64,000 nt of DNA, from the NCBI RefSeq assembly GCF_964194025.1, contig NC_134475.1, forward strand, positions 13,330,001 to 13,394,000. The letters run 5' to 3'. Shown piece by piece: positions 37,370-51,400 of this stretch. Position 1 is the first letter of the stretch. Every line of letters starts with the position of its first letter. Both the position numbers and the translations under genes were made by a program. Under the pieces are notes generated by a model. That model was not told where the DNA came from. It made no database searches and saw only the letters and a list, made by a program, of their open reading frames with translations. This DNA comes from Convolutriloba macropyga. Lineage: Eukaryota.

Positions 37370-39629
37370 TCGGGGGGACATATGCTTAAATAGGTTTTTC
37401 TTTTTTTTCTTCAGTCAAATTTGGCATATCGATCTATTCTTTGAAGACTGCTGTGAGTGATATCATTAAAAAGCTCTTCAATAGTAACATTTATAATTAA
37501 AATAAATTTGTTGATTTCTTTTTTCGAGGAGTTATCGATGTTAAGAACAATTGATTTTTAGGGGTAATTTTGTTCAGTTTTGGAGTCAATTTTTGCTATA
37601 TTTTTATCAAAGTTTGAATCAAAATTGTTTTTACAACATAAGGAATATTTTTGTGTTCGTCAATGAGGAGTAGCAATAAAAAAGGGCTAGTTTTGGTCTC
37701 ATTGAGAATTTACAATCTTCAGTCACCAATTTTTATTGTTGAGCACTTTATCTAAAGGTTTTCTCAAGTTTTTGGTTTCTGTCATTTAGAGGGGAAAACT
37801 TATGGGTTTTTATGGCTTTGGCCCTGTGTTTTCTTATTTTTTGAACTTTTGTGTTTTGCCTGAATGTTTCTAGTCCTTTCTGAGCCTCTTCAATTCAAAA
37901 AGCAATTGGCTTCCAAAAGAGGATTAAGTGAAACTATCTAATGCTTTGAATGCGTTTCTAATGGTTGTTGAGTCTGTGAATGAATTTTCAAAAAAAAATT
38001 GAAGGTTAACCGGTTTTAATTTCATTTTGAGCTTTTAGGTCTGTCCCACTAATGACAAATCCATTATGCTTAATATTGAATCAAAAGTTAGTCTGGTTTG
38101 AGTTTTTGTCTTCTAATTATTGGTTTTATGACTTTGATACTACGAGTTTTCATAAAGTTTTGTGGATTTTGTGCTTTCGTTCATAATTGCTGTTTTTTGT
38201 CCGTTATAACAATACTGAAAGTTCTCATTAGCGCTGAAAGGACTCTTAGTTTAACATAAGGATAATTATCAGAGAATAGCGTAAGGTTTTAATTGCTCCG
38301 ACTCTTTCTGGCACTTTTCTACTGGTTTTTGGTTTTGCCCGTATTTGTTGTCCTTCTGGTTGTCATAAGATTTGTTCTGATTAATGAATGATGTCTTTGG
38401 CTTACAATCGTTGACCTCGAGGTATGAGTTAAAGTGTCTAATGCTTTTTGTTGAAAACTTTTGGTTTAATTGCTCTGGTACGATGAGTTGTATTTAAAAT
38501 TGAGTGATTTTTGAATATCAGTTCATATTTGCTGATTGTTTTGAATTCAGCTTATCAAAATGCTGAGAGATCAGTTATTTTATCTAGTCGTCTGTATTAT
38601 ATTGTAAGAATCGCTCTGATAAATGACAGGTCTCAGCAGATTCCTTTTTTAGTGGGACTGAGTAACCTATTCATATGCGGTCAGTTAATACGTGATGGTT
38701 TTGACGATTTTGATTTTAAAACTCATCCTTTTTGAACATATATTTTTTGTTTTTGGTCAAATTGAAACATAGTATCATCAATTCCGCTATCTTGTGATTT
38801 TAACTTCAAGCACTTTGTTGGGATTATAATACATCCGATTTTTTATGTCTTGCTGTTCTTTTTGTTGTTCTTTGAAATATTCGCGTTAATAACAAGTCCC
38901 ATTGATATTCAAATGAGAACCAAGTGAACATATTCAAATTAACATTCATATATTAACTGAAATAATATAAATTTGAATAATTGTTGGAATAATGATTGAA
39001 ACAATTACATATAATTTTCAGATAATAGCTGATGATGTTAATGGCTTCAATACTTGTAAAATGTTTTTGTAAATTGTTTTTAAATTGCTGTTTTTTTGTA
39101 TCTCTTGTTATTTATTACTCCTTTTCTTTGACTTTGTCTCATCAGAGACATATTCATTGAGGAATCATAATTAACTCTATCCGATTTTTTAGTTAACAGC
39201 TAATAGTTTTTGTGACTTTTGAAATTATTTGGTTCAAAATATTCGATGGATTTTTGAACTTCGCCTTTTTTGTTGACTGGTTATCTAGTCACATTGTACT
39301 CAGATTCTATCTGCTTTTGTGGTTGAGGACATATGAATTAATGTAGTCTAGTTTTTGTCTGATGGTATTTGGAATCTGTTACTTTTTTTATTGTTTTTGC
39401 CATGAATATTTTTTGTTTATCTTGTCGTTTGTTTTGTCTCGTAGTTGTATGAATGGAAGACATGAGCTATCTAAAGCGGTAGAACATTATCTTATTTATT
39501 CTGTAGTTTGGGTTTATAACAATTTTTTTCGCTTTAGCATCTATTTGTGTATATCTCTAATCTCATTTGTTGGACAATAAAGTCAATAATATGGATGAGT
39601 GGAGTCGAAACATTATGTGCGATACCGAG
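37370..39629 (+). mobile_element. Degenerate family C element in DHPS intron 2
   Basis: 5' region resembles 44630-44700; 3' end GGATGAGTGGAGTCGAAACATTATGTGCGATACCGAG resembles the reverse complement of 28687-28731. Confidence 0.55.
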
Positions 39630-40357
39630 CCTCCTTGTTTTCTCAATTCTTTCCTTTTGTGCCTGCTACTAAAAACTATTGTACTTCCTGTTGTAGTTCA
39701 TTTGGGCTTCTTAAATTTTTTGACCTGTTTCAATTGATCACTTGATTTTCCAGTATTTATGAAAATTTCGTATGATGAGAAAACGAGGGAATTAAAATTG
39801 GCAATTACAAAAAATTTGAGTTGCAGAGTATATATTATTAAAGAGCTAGATTCATTTTGCCGTCTACATTGATTTCATTTATTTGGTTTTTTTTTATAAA
39901 CCGTTATACTGGCAGACAGCAACTACAGTTGGTTCTATGCAATTTTCCTTAATTATAACTCAAACAGCACTCATTTGCAGTGATTCTAATCGGTGAAATT
40001 TTCCTTTATAAAGTTACAATTACCTTAAGAGTGTTCCATGTTTTTAACTTAGGGTTAATAGCGGTTTCGGAGCGTGAAATGTCGAAAAAAACTTCACTTT
40101 TTCCTGGAAGAATCAACAAGATTGAAACCGTCTCTTACACGATTGACTCAGTTTTTCGTCTAAATTAAATCTCTGTCTGGCATAAAGTTCCTGACCCACA
40201 TTCTATGGAGAGTTGGGGCCATAAGTTAGAAATTCTGGAAGTATTATTCACCCAAAGATATTTTTTATCTTTTATTTTGAAGCTGGTTTTTCATGCATCA
40301 CGTAATGCATGTGTACTATAAAAAGCAAACGCAATCTACAAATATTGTTCATTTCAG

Positions 40358-40547
40358 GCTACACCTCCAATTTGATCTCGGGTGGAACTAGGGAGTCGCT
40401 TCGTTATCTAGTGCAGCACAAGATGGTAGACTGCATTTCATCCACTGCTGGTGGAATCGAGGAGGACTTCATCAAGTGTCTTATCCCCAGTACTGTTGGT
40501 ACATTCGAATTGGCTGGCAAAGACATGTTTGAAAAGAAACTCAATAG
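40358..40547 (+). CDS. DHPS: Deoxyhypusine synthase exon 3
   Basis: [22 protein letters not shown]; TTTCAG acceptor; AG|GTGCTC donor, phase 2. Confidence 0.93.
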
Positions 40548-41416
40548 GTGCTCATACTATCTGAATTTTTTCTACAACGATTTAGGTGTACTTTTTTGCC
40601 GTGTCAATTCTAAATGTAATAAACTGCTCTCAAATCATGTTCAAGAAGTTTTTTGAATTAACTGTTTAATTAATTTCACCCTGTTTGTGGACAGTTCAAT
40701 TTTGGTCATTTATATTTCATCTTTCATTGTTTAACTTGAAGCTAGTCAGTAAATTGAATGCGATGGTGCATGAATTGATCTCGATCTCGACAAAGCTTGA
40801 CGCAGTTATTGTAGTCGTATATATATCTTGTTATACAAAATTTCTGCTTAATCATTGTGACTTTTTAAGTGGCTTTTTCAGCTTTTCGGGTTCTAAATTG
40901 CTCTCTCATTCACAATTTTAGGCAGATGGACCCAATTGTGTGCCAATATAGGTTTCATTTTAAATTTAAGTCTTCCATAAGGTTCTGCTCTTAACATCCC
41001 TTGAAGCCCCTTAATGAACTTTTGCCCCCCTCCCCACTAATGAAGCAGACTAGAATAGAATTAGGCTGCCGCCAGTCGGAGTTCTAGAGCAATGCGTCCG
41101 ATTTTAAACCATTGTGGCAGTATTTATTCACCTGCCATTAAATTTTTCACTATCGATCCTTTAAATACATGCCTAGAATGCCCAGAATTTTTTGCATTAC
41201 TTTTCGGCAATTGATATAAAGGCATTGGTTCTCGTGACGCGTTTTATTGTGATGCTTGAATTCTTTTTCTATAGAGGTGGATTTGCCCAAGTTGTTATTC
41301 GGATATTTGTTGGTACCTCTCAGTAGCCACCACAGTCAGTTGAGTTCATCTTGACCATCATAGCTTATATCTACTTCAGCTCATGATAGCTGTGTGTTTA
41401 TGTGCGTGTGGATTAG

Positions 41417-41533
41417 GAATGGGAACATTGTGCTGTCATTGAAACATTACGCTCTCTTCGAGGACTGGGTCATTCCCATTTATGACCAGATGCTCAAGGA
41501 ACAGGACGAGGGAACGAAATGGACTCCATCCAC
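41417..41533 (+). CDS. DHPS: Deoxyhypusine synthase exon 4
   Basis: GNIV..FEDWVIPIYDQMLKEQ..KWTPS; TAG acceptor, GTAAG donor, phase 2. Confidence 0.9.
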
Positions 41534-41840
41534 GTAAGAGAATAAGCTGACCGGTTTCTTGTTCCTCCTAATTTATTTTGAGGACAACTGTAAAGGACAT
41601 TATCCTTTATCGTCAAAGTTATGTCAAATTCTGTGCATCTATTCAGTCCATGTTTTTCTTGCTTGGCAGAAAATGCGCGGTAATCAGTTGAATCGCAATT
41701 AAGTATGTGAAAAATTTTCTATTTTTTGTTCTCCACACTTCATCAGATGATAACAAATGGTTGAACTCCTGAAATACTACTCGCTAATCATAGCTTATTT
41801 CAATATTTTCGAATTGAAAAATTTTTATGTTTGTACTTAA

Positions 41841-42092
<252 letters not shown>

Positions 42093-43875
42093 TGAAAAAA
42101 TATTTGTGCATCTAAGTATTTCTTTCCACATAATGGCTTCACCAGTACGTAGCAAGAAACTCCGAAAGAATTTTTTTTTATCAGAGTCAGAAAAACTATA
42201 AATAGTTGAGCGAGATCTTGAATAAAGATATGAGAAAGGATAAATAACTGCATCATGCAATCCTCTTACTTGTACCCCTTATCAGTAGTAACAATTCGCA
42301 ATTTAAATAAAATAAATAATATCTCATGGTTTTAATGGCTTCAGTATTTTTTGTAGACTAATGACCTAGTGTCTCTAAAAACAAGTCTAATTTTATTCCC
42401 AAGGTGTTGCCAGTCGATTTGTTTTTCAGCTTTGTCACTTTTTATTTCTTTCCTTCAGAAGTAGCTTAGTCTCTGTATAAACAGTCCGTATCCTACAGGC
42501 CCAAAGTCTAATTCTTTATAACTTTTTTGTTTTAACTAATGGTTTCTTGGCCTTGATAATACGCATTTTCATTTAAAAATGCCATTTCGGATATCGAGTT
42601 TTTGAGGTTGTTCTATGTTTCCTTACCGCAACTGCAATTGAATGGGGAGGTCGCTTTAGCGTTGAAAGATTGCATAATTGAGCTTATAATAGTTTTTGTG
42701 AATAAATTATCGTTAACGGCTGCGTTACAGTTTTCTTGCTAATTTATTTAATTTAAGAGAATGTTAGCCTGTTGTTGTTCTTTTTGTAGTCGCATAACAT
42801 TACCCGGATAATGGCAGTTCGGAATTGTTTCCTTAAGAGGTATAAATTAACAGGTTTCAATTGCCTCCTCAATTATACATCAGGAAGTATAATTTAACCT
42901 TTTTAATGATTTCAGTTGATACCTTATGAGTTTAATCGTTTAGAAGTTATTGGTTTTCAATAGTTTAATTTTGACCTTTGTCCTCTTTGCAGTTTTTTTT
43001 TCTAATTGTTACGAAGTTTCATTAAGGAGAGATGTCCTTCTGGTAATGTAAAGTTCAGTTAATTTAGTTGGTTTAGTTAGGTGTTATCTAGCGCCGTTTT
43101 GATTTTGTTATTCTGTTTTCTTCATACATCTAGTTTTTAATGTAATTATTTTTTTTTATTTTACATTTGCTTTGTCTCGTGGTTTCATCATTGGCAAGTT
43201 TCATCAACCCTTTAATGTGGCCTTACTTTTATTCAGTGTTTTGTTGAACAATATGTGTCTCTGAAATTTTTTCTGTCTATTCCTCATTTGGTAGACCATC
43301 AAGTCAAAAATGCAGATTAGCGGTGTCGACCATTATGTGCAAACGCAGATTACCGAATCTCCTTGTTCCTATCAAAAGTCTTGTTCTATTTTAATATGCA
43401 GAAGAACAGGATGTTGAATGTTACAATATGTCTTTCATCTCATCGATATGTTCACTCTTTGCAAAGTTTTAGTTGGAATTATGCTTTTTGATTCTTAATA
43501 AGTCGACTTCTTGCCATTTTATGATTTACAGCTATTCGGCCGTCAATTATTTATTGGTTCACTGAAAAAATTGTGGTGATCAAGGTTAAAGCAATTAATT
43601 TTTTCTTTTATTTCTATACGAACGTCTCCTTAATTTTTATAATTTTACGGGGGTTTTGTCATTACAGCTTTGTGGCTATATAACAGATACCCTCCCCCGC
43701 GGTCACAGGCTTAGTGGTCAAATAATGTAAATATAGCCCCCATTACTGTAAATATATGTACCATAATGGAGACTAAATTTTCGCGGTGCTGGTAATGGAA
43801 AACATCCGCTTTTTCTTCGGAATTCAATTTAAAATGAAGTTAAATCAGACGCTAGGAAGATAAACAGCTGTTCAG

Positions 43876-44230
43876 GACTATCTCCATGGACATCGTACAA
43901 GATGTGCAGCGTATTATGGAAGTGGCTGTCAAATCCAAGCATACAGCTTTCTTTCTTCTCGGAGGGGGGGTGGCGAAGCACCATGTTTTGAATGCAAATG
44001 CCATGAGACATGGAGGCAGGTATTCGGTCTACGTCAATACTGCGCAGGAATTTGACGGCTGTGACTCGGGAGCACCCCCAGATGAGGCTGTGACCTGGGG
44101 CAAAATCCACGTGAAAGCGAAGCCTGTGAAGGTGTTCGCCGAAGCATCGCTGGTGTTGCCTCTGTTGATTGCGCAGACCTTTTTCAAATATCAAGGAGAG
44201 TTCGAAAAGTTGCTGCCTAAGGATGATTAG
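43876..44230 (+). CDS. DHPS: Deoxyhypusine synthase exon 6 (catalytic Lys in AVTWGKI)
   Basis: [30 protein letters not shown]; the six exons total 1140 nt = 379 aa + stop. Confidence 0.95.
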
Positions 44231-45344
44231 ACTGAGAACACCAGAGTTCGAATTGTGTAACATGAAACTCATGAATATAAATTTGAGTTTAACTGATCGT
44301 TGAGCAATTTTTTTGTGTACTTTTAAAAGCTGCTGAGCGGTAAGCTGAGTGTAGCTATGTTCCGACAGTCTTGGTTTTGTCCAGTTTTTTTCACGCATTT
44401 CGGTCTGTTAGCGTGGAATGGATATTCTGACCACGCCTAGCCAGAATAGGGAGTGAATGTAGAAGCAGTAGTAGTGAATGTGACGTGTAGAATCTATTCA
44501 ACCATGCTTTTGAAATGGGATGATAAAACAGTGGTTGAGAAATATCCCTAAAATTGCCTTGAATTTTGGTCATTTTCGGTAGAATTTATTATTGTTCCGA
44601 CCCCATATTAGCGGCTGTATGCACAATTGGACTTTTTTCTTCCGTCAATTTTGGCCACGCGATATATTTATCGTAGGGAGTTGTGAGTGGTATCATTAGA
44701 AAGGACATCGATCCTAAAAAGATTTTTTCAAGCCTTAAGAATTTTGAGAAATAAACGAGTCATCGCGCTGTGAAAAATTGATTAAAATTGGCTATTCAGG
44801 TGTAAAAATAGTTCATTCTCAGGGCAGTTTCGGTTTTTAAGCTCAAATCTGCTCGTAAAAGCGGTATTTCGCATTGCGCATTTTTTTGAGGAGTTGTCCA
44901 GGTTTCACGCTTTGTGAGAATTCGACTGATTTCCGTTCTTTTTTGTTTAAATATTCGATAATTTTTGTACAAAATTTGATCACTTTTGTCATGATATGTT
45001 TAAAGTGATAGCAATAGTGTTGTTTGTATTACATTTAAAGATAGAGGAGGGTTCGTGAACTGTTTGGTCCGACTTTTTTGCTAAATTCGTTTTTTAAATT
45101 AGAAATAGCACCAAATTTGCTTCTTTAGCCCACTATGTCATCAATTGTTTCACGTAGAGTCCTAGCAACGGCTAACACCAGCTCTCTTCATTTCTTTGAG
45201 GGCTATATTTGGTAACGGTTCCTCAGAGAATATTCTAGAATGAAGATATTTCCGTCTCTTTGATAAATTCCATCTATATTCATCCAAAATGCATTTGTTT
45301 TTAATATATCAAAAATTGTTGCCAACATAAACCTTGTGCTAAAA

Positions 45345-46653
45345 TTTGAAACGATTACCAATTTTTTCTGATAACGCGCAGCGGTGGCGAGGCTAGTTTT
45401 GGTCTCGTTAGGGATTTTTACTTTCATAAGATTTCAGATTGTATTGTCTTTTTTTTCATCTTTTTGCGCTTTGTCTATTATAGTCAGGAATGAAATCATA
45501 TCAAGGTTCAATTAACGACAGTTCCCTTTTACGTTGTAATGAAGCAGAATAAAAATATATATTGCTTTCAAAGAAAAGCATGCCGGCATTTGTTCTGTTT
45601 TTACTGTTCATTTTATCGCATTAATCAAAACCAATCGCCTTTTTAGTTAGGTATAGGTGAGCCTATCTAATTTTTTCAGTTCACACCTTATGGGTCTTGT
45701 GACTTTGAATATATTTATTTTTAATTGCTCTCAAACAAAGATTAGCAATTATATTAGCCCTGTTGATCTTTTATCACAGCAGCCCCCCTCAGTTCATCCC
45801 CCCACGCCTCCCCCAATGCTAACCCCTGTACATCGCTCAGGCCGGAAGAGCCCCGTGTAGCCAAAGACCTCCCTCACGCCGTTGCCCCCCCCCCCCCCAC
45901 TGTTGACCCCCATCGGCCCCATCCCCAACTGCGCGTAACCCCGCCCCTTCAATTAAGCTAAAGCTAGCCTCACTAAACTGTGGCGAGCAACTTTTGTTTA
46001 CGATTACCTTTTGAAACGATTACCACGTGTTTCTGATAACACGCAGCGGTGGCGAGGCTAGTTTTGGTCTCGTTAGGGATTTTTACTTTCATACGGTTTC
46101 AGATTGTTTTGTCTTTTTTTCATCTTTTTGCGCTTTATGTCTATTATAGTCAGGAATGACATCAGATCACGGTTCAATTAACGACAGTTCCCTTTTACGT
46201 TGTAATGAAGCAGAATGAAAATATATATATTGCTTTCAATGAAAAGCATGCCGGCATTTGTTCTGTTTTTACTGTTCATTTTATCGCATTAATCAAAACC
46301 AATCGCCTTTTTAGTTAGGTATAGGTGAGCCTGTCTAATTTTTTCAGTTCACACCTTATGGGTCTTGTGACTTTGAATATATTTATTTTTAATTGCTCTC
46401 AAACAAAGATTAGCAATTATATTAGCCCTGTTGATCTTTTTTTATCACAGCAGCCCCCCTCAGTTCATCCCGCCACGCCTCCCCCAATGCTAACCCCTGT
46501 ACATCGCTCAGGCCGGAAGGGCCCCGTGTAGCCAAAGACCTCCCTCACGTCGTTGCCCCCCCCCACTGTTGAGCCCCATCCACCACTGCGCGCAACCCTG
46601 CCCCTTCAGTTAAGCTAAAGCTAGCCTCACTAAACTGTGGCGAGCAACTTTTG
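45345..46653. repeat. Tandem duplication, ~665-bp period (45345-45996 and 46012-46653), each copy holding a truncated family E element
   Basis: Near-identical copies; the ORF track shows the same 67-68-aa translation at 45657 and 46325. Confidence 0.9.
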
Positions 46654-48484
46654 CAAGTTTTTTGTTTTCATCAATTTTATCCTATGTTGCGTTTTATTTC
46701 AAATATTGTTATCAAGATTCTTTGATTCTTTTACAGTTTGGTGTTATAAAGCAAACGCTTATAAAGAAGAAATATAACCATTTTCCCCTCTTTTCTTCAA
46801 AGTAACATATTTGTTAGCATATTACGACTTGTCTAATATTCAGTTAATCCTAGAACAATATCAAGTTTTGTTTTATGTTCGTTTTAATTATATGGAGAAA
46901 CAATCATAATTTGTCAATTTTGTTTTTAATTTTGTTTTGGTTAATTTTTTCTTTCAATCTTTGGCTTCATTCTATTTCTAGTTGGCTTTTGTTGTCTTAG
47001 GTTATTTGCATTTTAGACGGCTGGTTTTTTAAAGCGCTTCGGAGTTCTTCGGCTGTGTTTTTTCGAGAACTGTTCACACGTTTTTCATGTTCGATTTTCC
47101 TGCTGGTTTTTTTAATGGCTTTCCAAATCAATTCCTAGTTTTTGTTTTGTCAAGGAGATTATGCAAAATTTCGAATCGTAAATCAGGACTTGTCCTATGG
47201 TTTTTAAGATGCATTCACATTTTTATCTTTTTTGGCAATTAAAAGTCGAACTGGAGGAGTGATTTTAATCAGCCACGAGTAGTAATAGGAGTGAAATAGG
47301 ATTAGCTTTACGGCGTAAAACTGTATCGCTGCGTCTACTTCGAAGTGAGGTATTGGTTTTAGAACTGATTTTCGGTTATTGAGAGCAAGTTTTTCCGAAA
47401 GGCAATTTGACGTTTTTCATGAAATGTAGCTGATTTTTTGGTTTTTTCATGTTTTTGTGGTTATCGTTGCCCTATTACTTGGTTGCTTGCATTGATTACC
47501 GGTGTCAATGACTTAATAATGTGACATGTTTTAGTTAATTTATTGGTTTGAATTGAAATCTAACATAAAACGACTTTGGCACTTTTTGTTTTCCGCCTTT
47601 TATATTTCTGTTATTTCCTTAGTCAAATTTTTGACAGCTATCATTGACTCTTTTAGGGAGTCATATTCGGATTTATTTGAAAGTTTTTATTCATATCGAG
47701 TGGCTTGCACAACTTTGACTCGATTTCGTTTCAAAAGGCATAATCGATATTGCACTTGTAACCTTATTTCGTTCTGTCACCTTTGACGAGTCTCATTGGC
47801 GCTAGTTGGTCAGATTTGAGTTTATCTAATGGTTTCAGTTAGTGTTAAGTGCATTAGTGTTAATGACTGGGACGGGACCTTACTTGTTATAAAAAAAAGT
47901 TGTGATTTTTTTTTGGGTTTTGGTCGTTTTGTACTTTTCTATTGTTCCACCAAGCATTCTCATTAATGTCAGGGCTCTGGGTTCTCTAGTGAGTCCTATT
48001 GGAATCTATATAATAGCTTATTTTCATGTCTAACAGCTTTCACGACTTCGACACAACTGAAAATATGTTTTTTTTTGGATTTTATCAGTTTTGTAATCGT
48101 TTTTCTACTGTCACTTAGTGTTTCTAATGGCAGTGCTCTTTTGCGCTCTTATGAAGCATAATTATAGCTCCATAACACCTCCACGTTTTTTGTCGCAGTT
48201 CAGTCAACTTTCAGACAGAATATTAAGAATTTATTGTTTATCATTGTCAATTTTAGCTCGTCTGCCATCTTCATTCAGCCAGGTAATAAGAAATATAGAA
48301 CTCTTGCAAGAGGAAATTAATTTTTGCAGGATCAATGGAGGAGCTATATGTGTTATCTTGCAAGATTTTGAACTCTTTATTCAGCAGGGTTGTGGTGAAA
48401 GTGTCTGACTTCAGTGATTTGGTGCAAGTATTTCGAGCAATGTACAAATATAGGATTGAAAATAGAAGATGTTTTCAGATCTTG

Positions 48485-51400
48485 ATGAGAACTAGATCAA
48501 CGTATAATGCAGCATCCAATGATAGCAAATCGGATACACAAATTGGTCTTTCTGTCCTGAGAGAAATTTCAAACAGCTGCAATTCTATCGGCAAAGATCT
48601 CAAACGACGAGTGAACAGCTCTGGAAAAATGCCACAAGCAAAAGTTAGAAAAACGAGAAGTAAAACTGGTTTTAAAGATTCTGACGAAGCTGTAGAAACA
48701 AACCAAAATTTGGAGGTTTCTAAATCAGAAGAAAAGTTCAAAGCCACTACTGAAATAGCTTCCAAAATAAAAATAGAAAATGTTGCAGAAGATAACGAAA
48801 CAGGAGATAAGGTTGATCGTTTTGAGGAAAATAATAAAACCAAGCAAATTGGGGATTTAAAACAATCGAAAGACGATGTTTCACAACAGAAGAAGACGGG
48901 AAAAGCAAAAAGGAAAAGTTCTGAGTTTGTGAAGGAAGAAGTTAAAGTTGAAGAATCAGAAAACGACACCGAAACCAAATCAAAAGTTGTTAAAATCAGA
49001 AACAAGAGGGCTAAAAGAGGCGAAATAGAATCTAGTGAGGAACCTCAGTCTAATAAGAGTGGAAAAAACCCACAAACTGGTGGTAGAATTGAAAACATAA
49101 AAATTAAAAAAGTTGAAGCAATTGAAAGAACTGAAGATGAAATTCAATCAAGCGAAAGAGTGTCGCGAAAAAGTAAAATTAGTGCAGCCAAAAATATCGA
49201 AAAATCGGCAAAATTGGAAGAAAAACAAATCAAATCAGAGTATTTTTCTGACTCCGACTATGAAGAAAAAGAGAAAGTTGTCATAAAAAGAGAAGCTGAC
49301 GTTGATATGTTGAATGAGTCGAGCCTGGATAGTGAAACGGAATATTTGCCAAAGAAGAAAAAGAAAAGCGAGCAAAAAGTGAAAGTTAAAAGTGTATCTG
49401 GTGAAATTAACTCAAACAGTGCTCCTAGGTCTTCGAAAACTGGAGCCGGTAATAAACAGAATTATAGTAAGGATCAAGATAACGCTAAAAATAAGAAAAC
49501 GGGGAAAGCGAAGTCGAAAAAGACAAAGACATCAGCTGTTGCAGGTGATGATTCAAATTCTGATGATGAATGGGAAGAAATACCAGGTGTGAACAATAAA
49601 ACTGACCTGATGAAAAAATTCTCACAAATGCAAAGTTCACAACAGGATGTGACTATAGTCATTGAGAAAGACAAGAACGAGGCATTTATGAACTGGGTGG
49701 GTCAAATTTACAGAAAACACCGCAAGTGGCAGCAGATCGGGGTTCACAAAGCTTATTTAATGTGTTGCTGTGCAGCCGGGCGATACCGAAATGACATTTG
49801 CAACTCGCCCTTGTTGCAGTCTTTATTATATAGCTTAATACCTAGCGAGCATTTGTCAAAGTCAAAAAATTCCTGGAATGTTGAATCAGTTAAAAACTTT
49901 GACTCGTGGTTTGGAAAAAAGTTTAGTTTCAAGGATAATAGTTTTGGTAATAAACAAGTTACTATTGAGTCCCTTGCTAAATGTATTGAGTCAAAGCAAT
50001 GTGAGTTTTACACTGAGTATGTGATGGTCTTCGTATGCGCTCTGAGGAGTTTAGGCTTTCAGTGTCGCCTAGTTTGGAACTTGACTCGTCTCCCTGCTGT
50101 GAAAAAATTGGGCGAAATGACGGAACACGAAAAAAAGTTGGCAGACAAAATTTTAGCAGAACGTGAAAAGGCGAAGAAAATTCAAGCTGATAAACTGGAG
50201 GACAATCAAGTAAATACAGGAATAAAAATAGAAAATGGAGTGGACAAGAAAGAACCACTTGATGACTCTAGCGATCTGGATTCAACGGGCGATTCCGAGA
50301 ATGTAGCTGCAGCTCCTATGATTCAACAAAATAATACTGAAGATGATATACGAGCGCTTCTAATGCAAACTGAAAACTACAACCCCAATAATTTGATCAG
50401 CTCGGATTTGAAACTTTCCCAGGAAACAACTTCATCATATTTCAACGAGAATATCGTTAAAGTTGGAAAGAAGGGCGCTAAAGGTCTCAAAAAGTCATCA
50501 AACGCAAAAGGCGATAAAGGGAAAATTGCTAAGCAGAAAAATGAAAAAGATTATTCGAGTCATTCGGACTCGGAAGCTGAAGAAATACAAGATTCGGGGG
50601 TAAATTTTTGGGTGGAAGTTTATCTGAAAAAGGAAGCTCATTGGGTTTGCGTATCACCTGTTGATAAAATCTACAACAAATCCTATGTGATTGAAAAACA
50701 GGCCTGGAAACCTGTTTCGTATGTGTTTGCTTTTGATAATTACAACCGAATGAAAGATGTCACCAAGCGTTATGCGTTACGCTGGGGATCTGTGAACCAG
50801 AAAACACGTGTTGAATGGATCGGAAAAGCTGAGGGCAAATCTTGGTACGAATCATTTTGTCAAATTTTTGCCCCCTTAGACAAAAATTTTGAAGCAAAAG
50901 AGGATGTGCAAATTCGAGATCAAATGGCGCACATGCCGATTCCAGGAACTGTCGCTGAGCTGAAAGACCACCCTCTGTATGTGTTGGAACGACATCTGCT
51001 CAAGTTCGAAGTACTACACCCGAAAACTGCACCTGTTTTAGGTTATGTTAGAAGCGAGCCAGTGTTTTCCAGGAAATGTGTTAACATTTGCCACACAGAA
51101 CAGACATGGATGAAAGAAGGAATGAGCGTGAAGAAAGGAGAGGAAGCTGTGAAGTTTGTGAAACCTCTTATTTCCAAATTTAAACTCAGGAAACTTGAAA
51201 GAGAAGGTCAAGAGGTTGAGATGGTAGGTCTCTATGGCGGCTGGCAAGTCGAATTGTACAAGGCGCCACCAGTCATTGACGGTCGCATTCCCCGCAACCA
51301 TTATGGAAACGTAGAGTTGTTCAAAATGCACATGTTACCTCCTGGTTCTGTCTTCTTAGATCTACCTGGTCTGGACAAAGTTGCCAAGGAGTTGGACGTT

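Noticed and set aside
43829-44398. 189-aa antisense ORF, and similar ones opposite SMU1, XPC and OMA1
   Set aside because: Shadows of real + strand coding sequence with no recognisable motifs
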